Positions 19,318 through 28,097 of a DNA stretch of 64,000 nucleotides are shown here, one piece after another; the first letter of the stretch is position 1, and every line of letters begins with the position of its first letter. Below the pieces are notes generated by a model that was not told where the DNA came from, searched no databases, and saw only the letters and a list, made by a program, of their open reading frames with translations. A program made the translations under genes and the position numbers. The stretch is from an uncultured Acidimicrobiales bacterium (GTDB taxonomy: Bacteria; Actinomycetota; Acidimicrobiia; Acidimicrobiales; SZUA-35): NCBI GenBank assembly GCA_963698395.1, contig CAVOQQ010000001.1:900754-964753 (forward strand), written 5' to 3'.

Positions 19318-20156
19318 ACGATGCACGCCCGGGCTCGCTCGTCGTGGTGGGAACACCGATCGGCAACCTCGGCGACATGTCGGCGAGAGCGATCGAGTCA
19401 CTGACCGCAGCGTCGTTGATCGCCTGCGAAGACACTCGCCGCACCGGCAAGCTCTGCTCGCTTCTCGGCATCCAACGCCCACCGTTCTTGGTGGCGAACG
19501 AGCACACCGAAGTGGCTCGAAGCAACGAGATCGTTGCTCGTATTGCTGCGGGCGAAACGGTTGCCCTGGTGTCCGATGCCGGCATGCCGGGCATCTCCGA
19601 TCCCGGAGAGCGCTTGATCCGATCGGTGCTCGACGCCGGCTTGGCCGTCGAGATCGTTCCCGGCCCGACCGCCATGACCACTGCGTTGGTGCTGAGCGGT
19701 CTGGCGACCGACCGCTTCGTCTTCGAAGGGTTTCTCCCTCGCAAGGGCTCCGAGCGTCGCCGTCGACTCGGCGACATCGCGCAGGAGACGCGCACCGTCG
19801 TCTTCTACGAATCGCCCAAACGCGTGGCGGCCACGCTTGCCGAGCTGGCCGAGGTCTGCGGCGATGATCGAGCGGTGGCGGTTGCTCGAGAGCTGACCAA
19901 GCTCCACGAAGAAGTCGTGCGGGGACCGCTCGGTCAGGTCGCGGTTCACCTCGGCTTGTCCACTCCCAAGGGTGAGTTCGTCGTCGTGCTGGGGGGCGCG
20001 CCCGTTGCCGGCGATGAACGAACCGACGACGAGCTCAGCGCGCTGCTGCAGACCGAGCTGGCCGGCGGGGTGAGCAGACGAGACGCGGTCGCCAACGTCG
20101 TCGCCTCGACCGGCCTCCCCAAACGCCGGATCTACGAGCTCGCCAACTCGTTGTGA
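19314..20156 (+). CDS. rsmI: 16S rRNA (cytidine1402-2'-O)-methyltransferase RsmI
   Basis: LVVVGTPIGNLGDMS, ACEDTRRTGKL and VSDAGMPGISDPG. GTG 19314 overlaps the upstream stop (GTGA). ATG 19275 is an alternative start. Confidence 0.88.
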   Translation: MNDARPGSLVVVGTPIGNLGDMSARAIESLTAASLIACEDTRRTGKLCSLLGIQRPPFLVANEHTEVARSNEIVARIAAGETVALVSDAGMPGISDPGERLIRSVLDAGLAVEIVPGPTAMTTALVLSGLATDRFVFEGFLPRKGSERRRRLGDIAQETRTVVFYESPKRVAATLAELAEVCGDDRAVAVARELTKLHEEVVRGPLGQVAVHLGLSTPKGEFVVVLGGAPVAGDERTDDELSALLQTELAGGVSRRDAVANVVASTGLPKRRIYELANSL

Positions 20157-20202
20157 ACCCGGCGCCGACGGCGTCGCAAGAGGGTCGGACTAGGTTGATC
20201 GG

Positions 20203-21177
20203 ATGCGGGCGGAGGACGACGTGAACGAACGGCGATTCGAGGCGATCGAGACGCTGAACAACTCGAACCTGACGGTGGTGCCGGCACCGATTCGCGCCCA
20301 CCGAGGTGACCAGCCGGCTCGCTGGATCCAGAGCCAGATGGCTCGGTTCAGCGATGGCAACGACCATCTCGAGCGGCGAAACCATGTCACTCGGTTGCTC
20401 GACTCGCTCCCGGCCTTGCCGATTCTCCACCACACCCGAGACGAGACGGCCGCACGGCTGCTCGAGCTCGCCGACGGGTGGGCCGACCAGCGACAGCAGG
20501 AGAGCGCTGACGTCGCGTACGGCCGCTGGCTCGAGTCGGGCGAGATGACCCTCGATGCCATGCCCTACTTCGCGCGCCGCCGACCGGTGACCTCGCTGCT
20601 CCAGTTCCTCCTGCCCGACGTCGACGATGTCGACCCCATGGTCGACGACGTGCGCTCGCTCGTCGGTGCGCTCGCGCCGTCGGTCGTGCCGTCGGTGGCC
20701 GACAACGAAGCAGCCGAGCGGCTGCTCGCTCACTTCGGCGACGACGCCGAGGGTGTGGCCGCCATCTCGATCGTGTTCCAGACCCACGATGCCACCGCCG
20801 CCCTGATCGGTCAGGCGCTGGTCATCGACGAGCCGGGCTGCACGGCTCGTGATCGGGTGAACTGGGCGGTCCTGCACGGCGCACCGGTGACCCGCACCGT
20901 GCGGTATCGGTCGGTCGAGTCGAGCCCGTCGCTCTCGGCGAACCGAGATCCGATCGTGGTCCCGTTGGACTCCTCGGGTCCACTGCCCCTGACCTTCGGG
21001 AGCGGCGTTCACCGCTGTCCCGGGCGCCAGCTCGCCGTCCTGTTGGCAGAAGCGGTGATCGGCCCGCTCGTCGATCGTCGGTGGCGTCCCCGTCTCGGGT
21101 CCCTCGTCTACGAGGAACGGGAGAACCTCTCGCTTCCGGCAACGCTCGTGGGTCGGCTCGACGTCTCGACCTCGTGA
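20203..21177 (+). CDS. Short cytochrome P450-like protein (324 aa)
   Basis: Heme-thiolate loop FGSGVHRCPGRQLA, SANRDP, N-terminal DHLERRNHV. About 80 aa shorter than typical P450s. Confidence 0.6.
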   Translation: MRAEDDVNERRFEAIETLNNSNLTVVPAPIRAHRGDQPARWIQSQMARFSDGNDHLERRNHVTRLLDSLPALPILHHTRDETAARLLELADGWADQRQQESADVAYGRWLESGEMTLDAMPYFARRRPVTSLLQFLLPDVDDVDPMVDDVRSLVGALAPSVVPSVADNEAAERLLAHFGDDAEGVAAISIVFQTHDATAALIGQALVIDEPGCTARDRVNWAVLHGAPVTRTVRYRSVESSPSLSANRDPIVVPLDSSGPLPLTFGSGVHRCPGRQLAVLLAEAVIGPLVDRRWRPRLGSLVYEERENLSLPATLVGRLDVSTS

Positions 21178-21268
21178 TCGGCACCGATACGCGTGCGGCG
21201 GGCCAGGATCGGGCAGGCTGTCGGTCGTCGTCTTGGGCACCGAGCCCGACCATCGGAGGAGTACGACC

Positions 21269-22100
21269 ATGACCGACCGCCACCAACAGTTCGTGGAGCT
21301 CCATCGGTCGGGCACGTTCCTCATCCCGAACGCCGGTGATGCCGCGACGGCCGCGGTGATCGAACTGGCGGGAGCGAAGGCGATCGCGACGAGCAGCGGA
21401 GCGCACGCCGCCTCGATCGGCCGGGTGGACGGCGCCGGGGAAGTCGGTCGAAACGAGTGCATCGAACGCACGGCACAGATCGTGCAGGCCACCGACGCTC
21501 CCGGTTTCGGTCGATGCCGAGGAAGGCTACGGGTCAACCCCCGAAGATGTTGCCGACACCATTCGGATGCTCGCCGACGTCGGAGCCTCGGGTGCCAGCA
21601 TCGAGGACTGGAGCGGCGACCCTGATTGTGGCTTCTTCACGATCGACGAAGCCACCGCGAGGGTCGCTGCCGCCTGTGAGGCGGTGCGAACGCTCGGACG
21701 GCCCTTCGTCATCACGGCGAGAACCGAGGCGTTCCTCCATCCCGAGGCCTTTCCCGGGGGCGTCACGCTGGATTCGGTCATCGAACGGCTCAACTCGTTC
21801 CGCGCCGTCGGTGCGGACTGCCTCTACGCGCCGGGTGACAACTCGCTCGAGACCTTGCGCCGGATCGTCGAGGAGACCGGGGGAGCGGTCAATGCCCTGG
21901 TGTCAGTCGGATCGCCGTTGAGCATGGAGGAGCTCGCCGACGTCGGGGTCCGGCGGGTCAGTGTCGGCGCCTCGCTGTACCGCTCGGCTCTGAGCCATGT
22001 TCGAGACACGGTCGCAGCGATGCTGGCAACCGAGACCTTCGACCACGGTGCGGTGCCGATCGCCTCCGACCAGCTCGCCGCGCTGCTGAAGCGAGACTGA
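21269..22100 (+). pseudogene. Isocitrate lyase/PEP mutase family protein, apparent 1-nt frameshift near 21497-21505
   Basis: The N-terminal frame (SD GGAGGA, ATG 21269) reads FLIPNAGDAATA...IVQATDAP. The family motif PVSVDAEEGYG then continues in the frame of ORF 21567..22100. Removing one C or G from the run gctCCCGGttt restores the frame. Confidence 0.7.
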
Positions 22101-22104
22101 CCGC

Positions 22105-23070
22105 TCAACTCAGGCGGGTGCGCTCGCCATTGAGGAGCGCCGCTGCTCCTTCGGGGTGCTCGACGCCGACAACGAACGTCTTGCCTCCGGCCAGATCGAG
22201 CCGGAGCCCGGGCCCGCCTCGCAGCACCAGCGCCGCCCGTTTCATCAGGAGGAGGCTGCCGCGATAGCCCCACCCACCCCATTGGGTCGGATGCACCTCG
22301 ACGGTCGAGGCGAGCTCGATCCGATCGAGCGGTATCCGCTGCCGAGGCAGCCCGATCGGACCGTAGCGCAGCGTGAGTCCCGTGCGATCGGCGAGCACAC
22401 GGACGTGAGCGAGCGTCGAGGCAGGGATGGCGGAGACCAGCAGGACGACGCCGATCGTTCGGCTCGCCCACACGAAGGTGATGGCACCGGCGACGATCAG
22501 GGCCATGCCGATCGTGAGCATCAGCACGCTCGAGATGGTTTGTGTCCACACGGCATGCTCACCCGTTGCCAGGGCCAGGACGGGAACACTGGCTGCTTCG
22601 TGGTCGTGTGCCTCGCTCGATGGCAGTGATGCCGCAAGTCGGGCCGCAATGGCGCCGAGCGCGATGGCCATCAACAGTGCCCAGCCGAGCACCCACCCAG
22701 GCGACGATGCATCCATCCAGCTCGTATTGCCTCGCTGGGCGACAACCTCCGCCCCGAGGATCCCCGAGCCCATTCCGGCGAGAAAGCCGCCCAGGAAACC
22801 GATCCCGGTGGGAACAGGGTCGGGAAGTCGGCGGCTCCGCCATGCGGTCGCCATCGACATGGCGATGCCGACGGCCATGAGTGAGCCCGTGATCAAGGCG
22901 AACTGGGTGACGGTCATGGAGCCGTCGGGGGTGCCCGATCCGTCGTAGTGCGTGGCGACACGGTCGGGGAGCTGGTCGGCGAACAAGGCGAGCGGCCCGA
23001 AGCCGGCGACCGCGGCGGCGAGTGGCACCGCAGCCACGAGGCCGAGTCGTGCGGCCGTGGTCTTGGTCAT
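22105..23070 (-). CDS. DUF1648-type integral membrane protein
   Basis: N-terminal TM helix followed by LPDRVATHYDGSGTPDG, several further TM helices and a soluble C-terminal domain. Start overlaps the gntR stop (ATGA). Confidence 0.6.
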   Translation of the reverse strand: MTKTTAARLGLVAAVPLAAAVAGFGPLALFADQLPDRVATHYDGSGTPDGSMTVTQFALITGSLMAVGIAMSMATAWRSRRLPDPVPTGIGFLGGFLAGMGSGILGAEVVAQRGNTSWMDASSPGWVLGWALLMAIALGAIAARLAASLPSSEAHDHEAASVPVLALATGEHAVWTQTISSVLMLTIGMALIVAGAITFVWASRTIGVVLLVSAIPASTLAHVRVLADRTGLTLRYGPIGLPRQRIPLDRIELASTVEVHPTQWGGWGYRGSLLLMKRAALVLRGGPGLRLDLAGGKTFVVGVEHPEGAAALLNGERTRLS

Positions 23071-23414
23071 AGTTGGTCCTCGATCAGGTGATGGATTTCG
23101 TCGTCGCTCAGACCGGAGCGGCGGGCTTCTCCGACGAGTGTGCGGGCAAGGGTGGTGAGCGATGCCAGCTGCGGGGCCCGACCGGTGACGATCGTGCCGC
23201 GGCCGCGACGTACTTCGAGCAAACCCTCGTCGCGCAGGAGCTGGTAGGCCCGCAGCATCGTGTGCATGTTGATCCCGAGACTTCGAGCGAGCTCTCGGGC
23301 AGGGGGAAGCTTCTCGCCGGTCGCGAGGTCGCCTCCGGCGATCGCCAAGCGAAGCTGGCCCGCCAATTGATCGTGGAGGGGCTGTGTCGATTCGAGATCG
23401 ACCTTCAGGAGCAT
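23067..23414 (-). CDS. GntR-family (YtrA-like, short) transcriptional regulator
   Basis: Winged HTH LPPARELARSLGINMHTMLRAYQLLRDEGLLEVRRGRGTIV; 115 aa. Confidence 0.85.
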   Translation of the reverse strand: MLLKVDLESTQPLHDQLAGQLRLAIAGGDLATGEKLPPARELARSLGINMHTMLRAYQLLRDEGLLEVRRGRGTIVTGRAPQLASLTTLARTLVGEARRSGLSDDEIHHLIEDQL

Positions 23415-23440
23415 TGTTCTAGGCTAACTAGAACAATGCT
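23410..23440. promoter_or_regulatory. Perfect 13-bp inverted repeat (agcattgttctag-N5-ctagaacaatgct) overlapping the gntR start codon; candidate operator
   Basis: Direct reading. Sits in the divergent gntR / HD-protein intergenic region, which is locally AT-rich. Confidence 0.55.
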
Positions 23441-23475
23441 GGCGTCAACCCCGACCGACGAACTACGGTGCTCAG

Positions 23476-24045
23476 ATGACCGATCTCGCCAAGTCAACGC
23501 AACAGCGCCTCACCGCCTTCAAGAGCTTCGAGGAGTCGACCGCCGAAGACTGGGCGAAGATCGTTCCCCAACTCGCCCACACCCAGAACCGGGTTGCCGA
23601 CAACGTCATGCATCTGTTGCGTGGTCTCGAAGCCGACATCGGCGGCTTCCCCGTCACCCGCCTGGAACACTCGCTGCAGACCGCCACCCGCGCCGAGCGC
23701 GACGGTCGAGACGAGGAATACATCGTCTGTGCACTGGTGCACGACATCGGCGACACCCTCGCTCCCTACAACCATCCCGACATCGCCGCCGCACTCGTGA
23801 AGGGCCACGTTTCCGAAGCCAATCACTTCATGGTGGCCAAGCATGGCATCTTCCAGGGCTACTACTTCTGGGACTACATCGGGATGAACGGCAATGCTCG
23901 CGAGGAGTTTCGCGACTCGCCCTACTTCGAATACACCGAAGAGTTCTGCGCGAAGTACGACCAGACGGCATTCGACGACACCTACAAGTCGAACCCACTC
24001 GACTACTACGAGCCGATGGTTCGCAACGTCTTCGCCGCCAAGTAG
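23476..24045 (+). CDS. HD-domain protein (PhnZ/MIOX-like di-iron oxygenase family candidate)
   Basis: TRLEHSLQTATRA and CALVHDIGD (HD motif), then a C-terminal FQGYYF...FDDTY segment. Family assignment is by recollection only. Confidence 0.55.
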   Translation: MTDLAKSTQQRLTAFKSFEESTAEDWAKIVPQLAHTQNRVADNVMHLLRGLEADIGGFPVTRLEHSLQTATRAERDGRDEEYIVCALVHDIGDTLAPYNHPDIAAALVKGHVSEANHFMVAKHGIFQGYYFWDYIGMNGNAREEFRDSPYFEYTEEFCAKYDQTAFDDTYKSNPLDYYEPMVRNVFAAK

Positions 24046-24111
24046 TCGCACCTCGGCCGATCGGCCGAAATCCGCCGCCCGATGCTCGCCCCACGGTGCC
24101 ACACTGAACAG

Positions 24112-24495
24112 GTGAGCAGCCCGTCCACCCGTGTCGACAAATGGTTGTGGTCGGTCCGGGCCTACAAGACCCGGACCCAGGCCGGTGACGCGTGTTCTGC
24201 CGGCAAGGTGTTGGTCAACGGCGAGGTGGCAAAGGCGGCCACCAAGATCAAGGTCGGCGACGAGGTGACGGCTCGCCGTCGCGATCGGACCATCATCTTC
24301 GGTGTGGTCGAGGTCATCGAGAAGCGGGTGTCGGCGGCCCGTGCCTCGGTGTGCATCGATGACCGATCCCCGGCGCTGCCGCCGCGTGACCCGGGCGATC
24401 TCCTCATGGGTGAGTTCGCCAAACGCGAGCGTGGCGCCGGCCGACCGACCAAGCGAGACCGTCGCGAGATCGAACGACTGCGGGGCAAGCGATGA
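24112..24495 (+). CDS. S4-domain RNA-binding protein (Hsp15/HslR-like)
   Basis: RVDKWLWSVRAYKTRTQAGDACSAGKVLVNG. GTG 24112 is in frame with ORF 24082..24495. Stop overlaps the next start (ATGA). Confidence 0.7.
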   Translation: MSSPSTRVDKWLWSVRAYKTRTQAGDACSAGKVLVNGEVAKAATKIKVGDEVTARRRDRTIIFGVVEVIEKRVSAARASVCIDDRSPALPPRDPGDLLMGEFAKRERGAGRPTKRDRREIERLRGKR

Positions 24496-26618
24496 CGACG
24501 ACCGAAGCGCAGCACGGCGGCGCTGAGCGGGTCGTCCACGGGGCATGCCCACTCGATTGCCCCGACGCCTGTAGTTGGTTGGTGACCGTCGACGACCTGG
24601 GCCGGGCGACCAAGCTGCGGGGCAATCCCGACCACCCCTTCACCCGGGGCGGTCTGTGCAAAAAGGTCAATCCGTGGCTCGACTACGCCGCCGATCCCGG
24701 GCGAGTCCTGCATCCGATGCGGAGGGTCGGGGCCAAGGGCGAAGGCCGCTTCGAGCGTATCTCGTGGGACGACGCCATCGCCGAGATCGCCGAGCGGCTG
24801 ACCGCCACCATCGAACGCTCGGGTGGGCAGGCGATCTGGCCATTTCCCGGGACCGGCAACGTCGGATGGATCCAGGGGTCTGCCGGGCCTCGTCGGCTCT
24901 GGCACCACCTCGGTGCGAGCGGCCACCAGATCTCGATCTGTTCGGTGAGCGGCCACGTCGGGCTCAGCTACACCACGGGCACGGCGGCCGGACTCGACCC
25001 CGAAGAGGTCGTCGACGCCGGAGTCGTGCTCATCTGGGGTTCGAACACCCTCGTTGCGAACCAGCACTGGTGGCCGTTCGTCGAGCAGGCTCGGGCCAAC
25101 GGTGCCGAGATCGTGGTCATCGACCCCATCGCCAATCGCACCGCCCAGCGCGCCGACCGGCACCTGGCGCCCATACCCGGCACCGATGGTGCCCTCGCCC
25201 TCGGTCTGTGCCGAGCACTGATCGACCGTGGCGCGACCGATCGCTCCTTCATCGCCGATCGCACCCAGGGGTTCGACGCCTTCGCCGACTCGCTGGGGGA
25301 GTGGACCATCGAACGGACTGCCGACGTCACCGGCGTGGCCGCCGACGACCTGCGCGCACTGGTCGATCTCCTCGGTGAAACGGTCGGCACCGCGGCCACC
25401 CGCGGGCCACTGTGCCTCAAGCTCGGGCAGGGTATGCAGCGCCACGCCGGCGGCGGGCAGGCGGCCCGTGTGGTTTCCTGCCTTCCTGCGGTCCTCGGTG
25501 CCTACGACCGCCCCGGCGGTGGCCTGGTCTACAGCACCGGTGATGCTTACCAGCTCGCACCCTTCGTCTCGACCGCAAGAACGACCTCGGGCCATCCACG
25601 GCAGCTCGCCACCACCAATCTCGGGCGCAACCTGACCGGGCTCGACGATCCTCCGGTCGAGGCCATCGTCTTCTACGGCGCCAACCCCATGGTGTCGAAC
25701 CCCGAACTCGAGCTGGTTCGACGTGGTCTGGAGCGCGACGACCTGTTCACGGTCGTGATCGATCTCTATCAGACCGAGACCGCCGACTACGCCGATCTGC
25801 TGCTGCCCTCGACCATGCAGCACGAGCAGTACGAGATGCACGATTCGTTCGCCCACCTCTACCTCAACTGGAACGAACCGGCCGTGGCCCCTCCCGGCGA
25901 ATGCCTTCCGCACACCGAGATCTTCCGCCGCCTGGCCACGGCCATGGGTCTCGACGATCCCGAACTGCATCTGACCGATCTCGAGATCGCCGCTTCGCTG
26001 CTCGAGACCGATGCCTATCGAGCGGCAGGCATCACGCTCGACCGGTTGCGCTCCGACGGATGGACCCGGGTGCCGAATGCCGCGCCCTATCGCCCCTACG
26101 CCAATGGCTTCAAGACGCCGAGTCGCCGGTTCGAGTTCACCAGTGCCCGGGCCGAAGCAGATGGTCACGGATCGCTGCCCAACTACCGCCCACCGGCAGA
26201 GACGGCGACGGCCCCCGACGAGCCGTTCCGCTACCACCTCGTCGCCCCGGCCAGCGAGTGGCACATCAATTCGGTGTTCGCGGGCACGTCGGTCACGCTC
26301 GGTCGGACCGGCCCGCCACCGGTTTCGATCCATCCCGACGACGCATTCCGAGACGGCCTGGTCGACGGGGCAATGGTGGTGATCGAGAACGGGCGGGGCA
26401 GCTACGAAGCCACCGTCCGCGTCGACGATCGAACGCGACGGGGGCTCGCCGCCACCACCAAGGGCTGGTGGCGCCAGGGGCTGAACGCAACGGTGCGTGA
26501 ACGCGATGCCGACATGGGCCGGGGGGCCGTCTACCACGACAACGTGGTGTCGATCCGACCGCATCAGGCCGGTCAGGCGGGGGAACGGCCCATGTCGGTG
26601 AGCGGCCACGAGTGCTAG
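24492..26618 (+). CDS. Molybdopterin-dependent oxidoreductase (DMSO reductase family, cytoplasmic type)
   Basis: N-terminal Fe-S motif GACPLDCPDACSW. GSNTLVANQHWWPF. C-terminal beta-barrel segment VSIHPDDA. No Tat signal seen. Confidence 0.85.
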   Translation: MTTTEAQHGGAERVVHGACPLDCPDACSWLVTVDDLGRATKLRGNPDHPFTRGGLCKKVNPWLDYAADPGRVLHPMRRVGAKGEGRFERISWDDAIAEIAERLTATIERSGGQAIWPFPGTGNVGWIQGSAGPRRLWHHLGASGHQISICSVSGHVGLSYTTGTAAGLDPEEVVDAGVVLIWGSNTLVANQHWWPFVEQARANGAEIVVIDPIANRTAQRADRHLAPIPGTDGALALGLCRALIDRGATDRSFIADRTQGFDAFADSLGEWTIERTADVTGVAADDLRALVDLLGETVGTAATRGPLCLKLGQGMQRHAGGGQAARVVSCLPAVLGAYDRPGGGLVYSTGDAYQLAPFVSTARTTSGHPRQLATTNLGRNLTGLDDPPVEAIVFYGANPMVSNPELELVRRGLERDDLFTVVIDLYQTETADYADLLLPSTMQHEQYEMHDSFAHLYLNWNEPAVAPPGECLPHTEIFRRLATAMGLDDPELHLTDLEIAASLLETDAYRAAGITLDRLRSDGWTRVPNAAPYRPYANGFKTPSRRFEFTSARAEADGHGSLPNYRPPAETATAPDEPFRYHLVAPASEWHINSVFAGTSVTLGRTGPPPVSIHPDDAFRDGLVDGAMVVIENGRGSYEATVRVDDRTRRGLAATTKGWWRQGLNATVRERDADMGRGAVYHDNVVSIRPHQAGQAGERPMSVSGHEC

Positions 26619-26627
26619 AACGGAGCC

Positions 26628-27128
26628 ATGACCAACGAGGGCACCGGCGTTCCTGCCGGCTGGTATCCGACACCCGACGGCCAGCAGCGGTATTGGGACG
26701 GCTTCGCCTGGACGAACGACTTCGCTCCCGGCGCAGCGGGCCTCGGCACCGGCTCTGTGAACCGGGGATCGGCGGTCGGTGCCTTTCCGACCTCCGACGA
26801 ACGGACCACCGCGATGGTGGCCCACCTGCTCGGTCTCGGGGCTGCGTTCATCGGTCCACTCATCATCTATCTGATCAAGAAGGACGAGTCACCCTTCGTC
26901 CGCGATCAGGCTGCCGAAGCATTGAACTTCGCGATTTCGATGGCGATCTACTTCACGGCGTACATCGTCGTCTCGATCATCCTGATCTTCGTCATCGTCG
27001 GCATCTTCATGCTGATGCTCGCGCCGTTTCTCGCACTCGGTGTGCTGGCACTCCACATCGTCGCCGCGGTCCGGGCGAATCGGGGCGAGTACTTCCGCTA
27101 CCCGCTCACCATCCGACTCATCAAGTAG
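26628..27128 (+). CDS. DUF2510 + DUF4870 membrane protein
   Basis: GWYPTPDGQQRYWDGFAWT at the N-terminus, then the DUF4870-like stretch LIKKDESPFVRDQAAEALNF with TM helices. Confidence 0.65.
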   Translation: MTNEGTGVPAGWYPTPDGQQRYWDGFAWTNDFAPGAAGLGTGSVNRGSAVGAFPTSDERTTAMVAHLLGLGAAFIGPLIIYLIKKDESPFVRDQAAEALNFAISMAIYFTAYIVVSIILIFVIVGIFMLMLAPFLALGVLALHIVAAVRANRGEYFRYPLTIRLIK

Positions 27129-28054
27129 TCCGGGCCCATCGGCTGCGAACGAACCGACCGATCTCGTCGTGGGCATCGAGCGCACGCCCCATCTGTTCCC
27201 ACCGGCTCACGAAGCCGTGGACCACACCGTCATAGCGAGTGACCTCGACCGGAACTCCGGCGTCGGCCAGCCGAGTCGCCCAGGCCTCGCCCTCGTCACG
27301 TAGCGGGTCGAACTCCGCCGTCTGCACGAGGGTCGGGGCGACACCGGCCACGTCGTCGGCCCGCATGGGTACCGCATAGGGGTTCGACCGCAGCTCGGTC
27401 GGCACGAAGTGGTCCCAGAACCACACCATGTCGCTGGTGTTCAGGAAGTAACCCGACCCGTTCTCGATCATGGACGGCCGCTCGAAGTCGGTGTCGATGC
27501 ACGGATAGATGAGCACCTGCAGCGCCAGGGCCAGACCTTCGTCTCGCGCCCGCAGCGCGACACCGGCGGCGAGGTTGCCGCCGGCCGAATCGCCGGCGAC
27601 CCCGATCATCGACGGGTCTCCACCGAGGTCCTCGGCATGGGCCGCCAGCCAGGTGGTGGCCGCCCAGCAGTCGTCGTGCGGTGCAGGGAACGGATGCTCG
27701 GGCGCGAGCCGGTACTCGACCGACATGACGATGGCACCGGTTCGATTCGCCAGTCGTCGAGCCAGGCTGTCGTGTCCGTCGATGTTCGACAGCACCCACC
27801 CGCCGCCGTGGAAGAAGGCGATGGCGCCGAGTGCTGCTGTCACCCTCGGCCTCGGGCCAGTACAGCCGGATCGGGATCTCACCGTCGGGACCGGTGATCG
27901 TGCGGTCCTCGACCCTGGCCACCGGGTCCCCCACCGGTTTGGGCGCCTTTGCGTAGTTGGCACGCGCCTGCTCGGGTGTGCCCTCGCTCAGCGGCGGGGC
28001 ACCGAGGGCGTCGAGTGCTTCCAGGACAGCGGCAACGTCTGGCATGAGCGGCAT
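27121..28054 (-). pseudogene. Alpha/beta hydrolase (HSL-family esterase/lipase), apparent 1-nt frameshift near 27843-27845
   Basis: The N-terminus (ORF 27296..28054) reads ...IRLYWPEAEG. The rest (ORF 27121..27963) carries FFHGGGW, GDSAGGNL and DPLRDEG..HGF. Removing one G from GAGGGTG (minus strand) joins the two frames. Confidence 0.75.
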
Positions 28055-28097
28055 CGGCTCACTCTGCCATGCGATGGGCGATCACACGAACGGCGGG

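Noticed and set aside
20035-21537. 500-aa minus-strand ORF
   Set aside because: It is antisense to the rsmI 3' end, the P450-like gene and the PEP-mutase-family gene. The sequence is low-complexity and Arg-rich.
24162-26825. 887-aa minus-strand ORF
   Set aside because: It is antisense to the well-supported molybdopterin oxidoreductase gene. The composition is Arg/Gly/Pro-rich and no motifs are recognisable. This is a typical high-GC shadow ORF.
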